A DNA stretch of 64,000 nucleotides from Eledone cirrhosa (Eukaryota). Location: assembly GCA_964016885.1 (NCBI GenBank), contig OZ024740.1:414284001-414348000 (forward strand). Reading direction: 5' to 3'. Positions 54,060-64,000 of this stretch are shown here, one piece after another. Numbering within the stretch: position 1 is the first letter of the stretch; each line of letters starts with the position of its first letter. A program made the position numbers and the translations under genes. A model generated the notes under the pieces. It saw only the letters and a list, made by a program, of their open reading frames with translations. It was not told where the DNA came from and searched no databases.

Positions 54060-55170
54060 TTCTACTTTTGGCACAAGGCTAGCCATTATCCCAGTGCATT
54101 ACTGGTACTTTATTTTATCGACCCCGTAAGGATGAAAGGCAAAGTTAAACTTGGCGGAATTTAAACTCAAACGTAAAGGGACGTAACTCTATGCTGGAAA
54201 GCATGGCGTCCGACCGTCTACCGATACTGCCAATCCACCGCCCTGCATTGGAATATAATACCAGCAATTTAGAGGAAGGGAAAGGTGATTATATTGAAAC
54301 CAGTACTTAACTGGTACATTATTATAATAACCTCAGAAGGATGAAAGGCAAAGTTGACCTCGGTGGGATTCGAACCCAGAATGAATATAGCCAGAACAAA
54401 TACTGCTAAGCAATTGTTGGATGTTCTAATGTCTCAGCCAGCCCAATACTCTGAATGTTATTATTGTTATTATTATCATTATTATTCGGCATAGAGTTAT
54501 GGCCCTTTACGTTGAGTTTAAATCCTGCCGAAGTTAGCTTTGCCTTTCATCCTTACAGGGTCGATAAAACAAAGTACCAGTACTGTAATTAGGTCAATTT
54601 AATCGACTTTCCCCTCCCCAAAAATTGCTGGCCTTGTGCCTAAAGTAGAAATAATAATTGTCTCTACTTTAGGCACAAGGCCAGCAATTACCCAGTACAT
54701 TACCCCTACTTTATTTTATCGACCCCGTAAGGATGAAAGGCAAAGTTAACCTAGACGAGATTTGAACTCAGACCGTAACTATGCTAGAAAGCATGGCGTC
54801 CAGCCCTCTACCAATACTGCCAATTCACCATCCTAAAGTAGAAATAATAATAATTATTATTATTATCCGGCATAGAGTTACGGCCCTTTACATTCTGAGT
54901 TCAAATTCTGCTACAATTAGCTTTGCCTTTCATCCTTACGGAGTTGATAAAGTAACATACCAGTAATACACTGGTGTCGATTTAATCGACTTTCCCATGC
55001 CACAAAATTACTGGCCTTGTGCCTTTAGTAGAAATCATTATTATTATAACACATTATTTCTATCAAATCCCGCCAAGGTTGACTTTGTCTTTCATCCTTA
55101 CGGGGTCGATAAAATAAAGTACCAGTAATGAACTGGGTAATTGCTGGCCTTGTGCCTAAAGTAGAGACAA
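54060..55170. mobile_element. Cluster of about 6 SINE copies in mixed orientation
   Basis: Core on the minus strand at ~54110, ~54340 and ~54715, and on the plus strand at ~54545, ~54925 and ~55090. Confidence 0.88.
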
Positions 55171-56328
55171 TTATTTCTATTAAAATATAATTTGATTAAG
55201 CAGCAATTTTTAATTGATTAACACCTCATTATTGAAAGACCAGGCATTGACAACACTCAAGCATAGGACACAGCAGCACAGATGACAGGGAAAGTATGAC
55301 TCCTTTTGCCTATTACATATCCTGAGATGATGAAACTATGGAAGTGGTGGTAATTCTTTGGAGCTAACTCACATGACACCAAAATGGCTACAGTAATAAG
55401 CACAATGTCTAAAGAGTGCCAAGAATTCATAGAATATTACATATACAATGTAAGGATAAGGGTAAAGAACCCCCTCAGTCATGAAAGTTCCCCTCTGAGG
55501 GACAAGTCCAAGTAAAATTGTTTGTAGACGAGCAGCAGTCACCCATGCATACCAGTCTCCCCTCTCTATGCCACCAATGTTATCCATAGGAAAGGCAAAG
55601 GCTGATACAGCTTGGCACCAGTGACATTGCAACTCATCTCTACAGCTGAGTGAACTGGAGCAATGTAAAAATAAGAACACAATGCAAAGCTCAGTCCAAG
55701 AATCAAACTCACAACCTCACGATTGTAAACCCTCTAACCACTAAGCTAGGCACCTTAACATATACGATGTACCATAACACAAAAAACCTGTCCGTCAATA
55801 TAAGGACTGTAACACTAAAAGTGTGATGAGACTGCAGGTTACAATGTTTCCAATCACACAGAAAGAATACAGGATTTGAGAGAGGTTTTCAGTCTGGCTG
55901 AGAATTTGCCAATCAATCTAGTGCTGGTGCCTTGATAAAATATACCCAGTTCAACCTGTAAAATGGTAGTGCTATTGCTACACAAAATGCACCCAGTATC
56001 CTATAAGGTGGTTGGTATGAGGAAGGTCATTCAATGATAGAAACCATGCCAAATATAATGTGATAACCCATGGGAAGTGAATATAAAATGATGATGATAA
56101 TTCTCTGTTTACAATTTGATAGTTGAGAAAAAGGACAGCTGGAAACATGAATCAACATTAAGGCTGAGAATTCAATATATATATATATATATTCTTTAGA
56201 TTTGTTCTATTGAGATCTTCACTAAGTCAATTTACTCCTAAAATTTGATTTCAACTCAATTGATAAATTCTTTTCACATAGTTTTATATATAAGCACATA
56301 CATATATACATATATATCTGTGTGTGTG

Positions 56329-56361
<33 letters not shown>

Positions 56362-56385
56362 AAAACATGTATCTACATATATATG

Positions 56386-56421
<36 letters not shown>

Positions 56422-58251
56422 CTAGTGTGTGTGTGTGTGTATGTATACATACATGCACACACACACACATATATAACTTGGTAGTGCTACAATTACTTAT
56501 TTGCGCTAATGATAAACAGCAACAAGAAGTGACCTGTCAGTACTTGTTAATAACATCTCAATTAACTTAGTTTATTCTACTTGGCAACCTTTATTGCCAA
56601 ACCAATAGTTTGTTCATCTAATTATTTCACAGCACAGGATATTACTGTCAACCTTTTTCAACAAGTGGATAATCATTTTGCCTGTTTACAAATACTTCTT
56701 TCAATCTATATAGAATGGAAAAGACAAGAGCTGATCGTTAGATCGCATCAAGGAAACAATGTTTCCATTGGTCTTTCAATTAAAACTATCAGTTGCAACA
56801 GGAGCAATGTGAAGTAAAGCACTTTGCCCAAATACATAACAAACCACCCAGTCCAGGATTTGAATTCATAATCTTATGATAGTCAGTCAAAAATGTTAAC
56901 CACTAGACCATGTGCCTTCTATATATATATCCACCTACATATCTATGTATTCATGTATCCATCTTGTCTACACATCTATCTTTTTCTATATGAAGGATTT
57001 GAGACCCCAACAGCTGAGCTCCTACTGTTTCAGCAGCTAGATCCGAACTCAGCCATCGAGGTCCCAAATCCTTTATATTACCCACTCTATTACCCCAAGT
57101 ATCAAGTACTCTGGTAAGTAATGGTCTAACGGGTTTTTACTGCATCCATTCTGATTTATCTTTTTCTATATCTCTTTCTTTCTCTAACTTACTCTCCTTG
57201 GCCTATCTGTATGTCTCTCTCTCTAATTTCCTTTCCTTGTGCCCCCCCCCCCTCTCTCTCTCTCTCTGCATATCTATTAATCTATCTATTGCTTTTGTCT
57301 CATACACACTGAACTACTTTTTAAAATCAACCAGGTACAGGTATAGTTGTATGGTTAAGAAGTTTGCTTCATAACAACATGTTTCTGAATTCAGCCCCAC
57401 TGTATGGTACCTTCTACCTTGCATTTACCAATACCTTCTGAGTGGAATTGGTAGATTGTGTGTGTTTACTTTTATACCAGTCTAAAAACCAGGGGTATTG
57501 TTTATGCTGTGAACCTTTATGTCCCATGACTTAGCAGTTCGGCAAATAACGACTGATAAAATGTGTATTTGACTGAAATAAGTACAGGGCTGTTATTACT
57601 GACTAAAACACTTGAAGTTGCTGCCCCAATATGGCTGTTGCCCTATGATTGTAACCAGTGAAGGAAAGAATAAACATGATTTAAACTTTGTAAGATTACT
57701 CTAGTTATGCTTGGCTGCTCACTTGAGATACGTTGAATTCACAATTTTGAAAGACAATGTCAGAAAATGGTGTGTGTGTGGTCGAGTTTATGTGTGTATG
57801 TATGAGAATATGAGTTTTCCAAAGAATACAGAAGTTAGAGTTGGAAAGTATTATGTTATGTTGTAGAATGAATCAGTCTTGGTCAGCCCTGCTGGAGTAG
57901 ACTTATTATCAAAAGCACTCCATCTATGACCATCCCATTTTTTCAGACTTTGTGTATACTACACTGGACTATATGTCCACTTTTCATTTTAAGATGGTAA
58001 GGAGTGATCTGAGAGAAATTTGGCTGCTATTTCTAGCAGGTCTAGCAACAACATAGAGGTTACTTGATAACTGATAAGCATTTATTTAATAGATATTTCT
58101 TCTCCTTTAGCACAGCACACTTCTTCTTCACTATTCATTGAATTAGCTCCTGTCTGTACAACCCAACGACAAGCACTTCAATGAGTGATTCTTGTATTGC
58201 AGAACATTTGTGAGCTTTTAATTGTTGGTTGTTTCCTTAATATTCATAGTG

Positions 58252-58942
58252 ATTACACTATTATTAGTGTTGTTTTATTTATCAGTTTGCTTTCTCTTCA
58301 AAGTCATCTACTCCTATCTGTCTATTTTGCCATCAGATGCTACAGGCCATGATTTGGCTACCTACGAAGTCATCTACTCTCTTCCTCTCTCTTACTCTAT
58401 TATTAGTGTTGCTGAATTCACTCCAATCGGTTATTTTGCCATGACGGCGACCCTCTCTCTATGATGGCTACCCTCTCTCTAACTCTCTCTCTCTCTCTAT
58501 GAGGGCTATACCCCCTCTCTCTCCCTCTCTCTATCTCTAAGCCACCTATTACCTCCCTTTCCCTCTCACCCATTCTTTCCTCACTCATTTTGAAGTTCTT
58601 GAAGAGATAAGACACACTTGACTCTAAAAGGCTAAAATGAATCACTAGAGCTGCTTAACCACGTTCCAGCCATCCATCCATACAAATCTTTCAGGTATCC
58701 CTCTATTTCCCCAATTGCAAATGTTCTGCTCACAATTATTGCAGTATTTATCACTTCGCTAGCTTCCACAACACATTTATTTTTTTACCCTCATTTTCTC
58801 TACCATGTCACCTACTCTCCTCCTCTCTCTTACACTATTATTAGTATTGTTTTATTTATCAGTTCGCTTTCTCTTCAAAGACATCTACTCCTATCCGTCT
58901 ATTTTGCCATCAGATGCTACAGGCCATGATTTGGCTACCTAC
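58252..58942 (+). repeat. ~115-bp local direct duplication (58252-58364 and 58829-58942)
   Basis: TACACTATTATTAGT...GATGCTACAGGCCATGATTTGGCTACCTAC occurs twice. Confidence 0.85.
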
Positions 58943-59069
58943 CTCACAATTTCCCTCCCACCCACCTCCTCACACCACCATAGCCTATTCGACCAATCAA
59001 ACCTCAGCATGCCCCCCTCCCCCACTACCAATCCCAACAAACCCTGCCATTTCTACTACTACCTACCTC

Positions 59070-62050
59070 TCTCAATGAAAGGAAGAGCAGGAGAAATCGT
59101 AGAGATGCTAGAGCGAAAGGAAATTGATGTATGCTGTGTGCAAGAGACTAGATGGAGAGGAGAGTCTGCTAGAGTCCTTGTAGGAAAAAGTCAGTGCTAC
59201 AAATTTTTCTGGGTGGGAAATGACGATGGGATGGGTGGTGTAGGTATACAACTAACTGACAAGTGGGTAGATAAAGTAATCTCAGTGTACAGGGTAAATG
59301 CAAGAATCATTAAACTCAGACTAGTCCTGAATAAAACAATTACCACAATAATATCAGCTTACGCACCCCAATCGGGGTTGCCAGACGAACTTAAGGATAA
59401 GTTTTACAAGTCCTAAATAAAGAAGGATTCAGACTTCTAGAATTCTGCGACGCCAATGACATGTCGATATGTAACACAAACTTCAAAAAACCCGACAACC
59501 ACCTGATCACCTATAGATCAGGGGAGCATTCTAGTCAGATAGATTTTATCCTCATCAGAGGACGTGACAGATGGACGGTCGTAAACACAAAAACCTTCCC
59601 TAGTGAGGAATGTACCTCCCAACATAGCTTAGTTGTCAGCAACCTCACGGTCAGAACTAGACGAACCTGGAAACAGAGGCCAATCTGGAGAAGAAAGATC
59701 TGGAAGCTGAAAGACCCCTCAGCCAGTAACAGATTTAAAGATATTTTACTCAATGCCTACGACAGTAAAGAAGAACAGATAGAGACATTTAACGTAGAAG
59801 AGAACTGGGAGTTCCTAAAAAATAACTTACTAGAGGCGACGGATGAGATCTGTGGCTGGAGTAAGACCACAAGCAGGAGGAGAGTGACTTGGTGGTGGAA
59901 CAATAAGGTATATGAGGCAGTTAAGGCCAAGAGACAGGCATGGAAAGAATGGAAGAACGGGGGAAGCAGGGTACATTACATAGAGACCAAGAGGGAAGCT
60001 AGGCGACAAGTATACTTAGCTAGGAGGGAAGCAGAGGATAGAAAATTCAAGCATTTTTGCAACGTGAGGACCAGAAACAGGAGGTGTTCAAGATTGCGAG
60101 GCAGTGTGTCAGAGAGAATTGTGATGTCATTGGAGAGAAGTGTATCCAGAATGATAAAGGTGAGCTTGCCCTCACAAGTGCTGAGAAGAAAGATGCATGG
60201 AAGAGCCATTATGATAGATTACTAAATGAGGAAGGAGAGACCCTACCCCAAGTAGACCCTATAGAGGGGCCAGCAGTACAAGTCAGCAGCAGCGTAGTAA
60301 GTGAGGCAATCAAAGATATGAAGATGGGAAAGGCAATCAGTCCATCGGGTATAGCTGTCGAGGCTGAAGGCATCTGGGTTTGTAGGTCACACTATAACCA
60401 CACGTATTGTTAACCAGGTAATACTAGAAAGTGTCATATGAAAAGATTGGTGCAGTAGCATCATTGTCAACTGCTACAAAGGTAAAGGTGATGCACTAGA
60501 TAGAGGAAACTATAAAGGTATAAAGCTGATGGACCAGGTCATGAAAGTAACAGAAAGAGTTATAGCACAGTTGATTAGGGACCGGGTGAAACTAGATGAG
60601 ATGCAATTTGGGTTTGTACCAGGAAGAGGCACCACTGATGCCCTCTTCCTTGTGAGGCAGTTACAGGAAAAGTACCTAGCTAAAAGTAAGCCACTCTACC
60701 TGGCATTCGTCGATCTCGAGAAATCCTTTGACAGAGTTCCACATGCTATAATCTGGTGGGCTCTTAGAAAACTAGGAGTAGATGAATGGCTTGTGAAAGC
60801 TGTACAAGCCATGTATAGGGGAGCAGTCAGCAAAGTTAGGATTAGCAATGAGTATAGCGAGGAATTTAGCGTACAGGTTGGTGTCCACCAGGGCTCTTTC
60901 CTTAGCCCTCTCCTGTTCATCATAGTCCTGCAGGCAATAACGGAGGAGTTTAAGACCGGATGCCCATGGGAACTCCTGTATGCTGATGACCTTGCACTCA
61001 TAGCTGAATCTATAGTAGAACTAGAGAAGAAATTCCAAACTTGGAAGCAGGGACTAGAAAGAAAGGGTCTCAAATTCAACATGACAAAGACTAAGGTCCT
61101 TGTAAATAGACGAGAAAACAGAACCCAGATCCCCTCAGGGAAATGGCCTTGCTCAGTATATAGGAAAGGTGTAGGTAGGAACTCCATTCTCTGCCCCAAA
61201 TGCAAACAATGGGTACACAAGAGATGTAGCGGGATCTCAGGATGCTTAATTAAGAATGTAGGCTTCACATGTAGCAGCTGTGCTGGGACAGCAAGCAGCA
61301 AACAGCCACAGGAAACAAGTACCACCAATCTCTGGGAGGGCTCTGTAGAAACAGTAGACAGCTTCTGCGACCTAGGTGACCGAATTAGCAGCGGAGGTGG
61401 GTGTTCAGAAAGTACAATAGCTAGGGTAAGAACGGGATGGAAGAAGTTCAGGGAACTACTGCCACTGCTAGCTGCAAAAGACTTCTCCCTCAAAATGAAA
61501 GGCAGACTGTATGATGCGTGTATCCGAACAGCGATGTTGCATGGTAGTGAGACCTGGGCGCTGAAGGTGGAAGACTTACGTAGATTAGAAAGAAACGAAG
61601 CCTGCATGCTCCGATGGATGTATAATAGTAATATACGCGAACAGCAAAGTATAAATTAATTGAGAGAGAGACTGAGCATAAGAGGAATCAAATGCTGTGT
61701 GCAGGAGAGGCAGTTGTGTTGGTATGGACATGTGATGCATATGAAGGATGACAGCTGCATAAAAAGGTGCAGAGCACTAGAAGTCAATGGAAACCCCGGA
61801 GTGGGGAGACCCAAGAAGACCTGGGATGAGGTGATAAAAGCCAACCTTACCCAATTACACCTCTCAAAGGCGATGACACACGACCGTGATCTCTGGCGTC
61901 ACGCAGTAATACAGAGTACCCGACCTCCCATGGGTACAAGCTGAAGCATATAGACAATATGCCCCCACACCCTCCACTGCAAAGTGGTCGTGGAGGTGCC
62001 ACAGCAAAAAAGCACCCAGCCCACACTGTAAAGTGGATGTGTAGGCGCCA
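59070..62050 (+). mobile_element. Near-full-length RTE-clade LINE (APE endonuclease, RT and inserted PHD-like finger), inactivated
   Basis: CVQETRW, SAYAPQ, QIDFIL, QFGFVPGRGTTDA, FVDLEKSFDRV, GVHQGS.LSP, LLYADD and WYGHV. Several stops and frameshifts plus an internal endonuclease deletion at ~59415. Confidence 0.93.
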
Positions 62051-64000
62051 CGTTTTACATACATGACTGTATGTAAAATCCTGCCATATGTCTTTGTATT
62101 GTCCCCTTTTCTTGTGCGCCCTTGTGGCAAATAAAGAAATATATCTATATGATTTTAGATCCAGTTCAATGAGTGTGAGTGTGAATGACTCATTGTGTAA
62201 AATAAAACTAGTAACAAGGGATCTAAGATGGGACTTATCTAGAAGAACATGTATTTTGTGTAAAGTTTGTTAAATCCAGAATATAGAGTGGAATAGGTGA
62301 TATGTTAAAGTTTCTGGGAGAGAGAGAGAGAGTATGCCTCAATTGTGTTAGAGACACACTTCAGCTATAGATGCTGCAGTGGTGGTGGTTGATGATGTCT
62401 CATTGCTTATAATCACAGCTTCAGTAATTCATTTTTGTTATGGATTAGTTGTGAATATTTAGCTTCATGTCATCCTTGTTAAAGTAAACTTACTGTCAAA
62501 AGCATTACAGCACTGATCATCCTCTCTTTTTTTAAGGTATAGTATATCTATGACTAAATTATTTTTGATACACATGTCCCCTTTCCTTCTTTAGATTGTA
62601 GAGTGTGATTTGAGGAAAATTTGACTAGGGACTTGATTATAAACCATTTTCAGAGCCTCAAAAATGAGTGGGTGAGAAAAAGAAAAGCATAAGGTTATAT
62701 TCAGATCAAAGACTAGTCCAGATACTTGCAATAGAATGGACTCAATTCAAGGCACCCAATGATGAGATAGTAGTGTTGAACCTAGTCAATGAATAAACTC
62801 TCCCACTTATGACAGATACAGTCAATCCAACAGGTTTACATTTTCCATCTACACAATTTCCCTCTTATACCTTGGACTAACTCACAGCTACGACAGAAGA
62901 CACTTTCTCAAATTGCCATGCATTGTGATTGAACCAGAAGCCATATGGTTGCATGGCAAGTTTCTTAAACATACAGCCATGCCTGTTCCCATTGTAATAA
63001 AGATAAATGCTGGTGATTTGTAAATATTGAAGTAGAAAGAATAAGATTATATTACCTAGTTGATGCAAGGCTTAGTTCAAGCAGTTTGGGAAATGCTAGA
63101 AGAAAAAAACATATATAAACATGTTAAATAACAACAAAAGAAGATACAATAATAGCTTTTATACAAAAAAAAAGAAGATATATCAAATGTTATATAATAA
63201 AAATATTCTACAAGATTTATAAAGACCTTGCTGTTTTTTAAGATATCAAGGTTTATTTAGAGGGAAATTTGGTTGCTATTTCTAATAATAATAGATGTTT
63301 GAATCTGAGAAGCTGCAGAACAAATGCTAAAGCAATCAAATATTTAGATTCAAAGAGGGAACCTATACATGATCATCTGACTTGTTAACAAAAGCAGCCA
63401 AATTTACACTTTAATGGCTGTAGGTATATTATACCTAAACATAAAAATCACATTTTTGATCATAGGTATTTTCAATCAGGGCTGTCCAAGGTTTAAACCA
63501 GAACAACAATTAAATATTTAAAGTTGATAAACAATTAAACAGTAATGAAACTTACTGAAATAAACAGTTCTAAATTTCAGGTGCAATAGATATCATCAGT
63601 CAAATGGTTTTACTTTTGTGGTGATGATGATGATAGTGACACCACCATCACCACCACCATCATCATCATCATCATCATCATAAACAATATTGTTCATCAT
63701 TAAAATCTTATTCATGTGGTATCCACTAAGCAGTTGTTGTTTAGTCATATATCAGCCCTGAATAAGCAGACCTGTAATAAAAGCCCTTCCAGTTATGACT
63801 ATCCTGCTTTGTTTCCAGACATACTGTATCTAGGACTGCATTAACTGGTATATCCTACCTTTTCTCCGGAGAGTAGAATGTGATTTCAGGGTGATTTAGC
63901 TGATATTTCTTGCAGAGTAATCAACCCCATAGAGATTACCTCATTTCTTAGTTAGTAGTTGCTTTATCTACTGGAACCCTCAGTCAAATCTCCTCAAATA

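Noticed and set aside
60696-61607. 303-aa minus-strand ORF
   Set aside because: Antisense shadow of the RTE RT frame.

Overview
This is an AT-rich, microsatellite-saturated animal window. The SINE, RTE and (TA)n content looks cephalopod (Octopus-like), which is an inference. Most ORFs in the supplied track are microsatellite artefacts. The real host coding signal is two phase-compatible minus-strand exons (53937-54028 and 49193-49455) encoding the C-terminus of a leucine-rich-repeat protein with an acidic/poly-Q tail. A 4.85-kb minisatellite at 1-4860 has one apparently unbroken Thr-rich frame. The rest is mobile DNA: a decayed Penelope-like element (PLE; RT plus truncated GIY-YIG, ~10953-14925), a Tx1/L1 fragment with a 16-bp TSD nested in a non-autonomous DNA transposon, RTE, CR1 and R4/REL fragments, MITEs and SINE clusters. 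The most striking feature is a set of about a dozen 200-720 bp fold-back (inverted-repeat) inserts from several unrelated sequence families, each in or next to a (TA)n tract. Many of them, and the PLE end, carry minimal type I hammerhead ribozymes; about 10 were read by eye, including U3-A8 core variants and palindromic stem III. They are best explained as a TA-targeted, ribozyme-bearing Penelope-derived mini-element system. All folds and coordinates were read manually, not computed.
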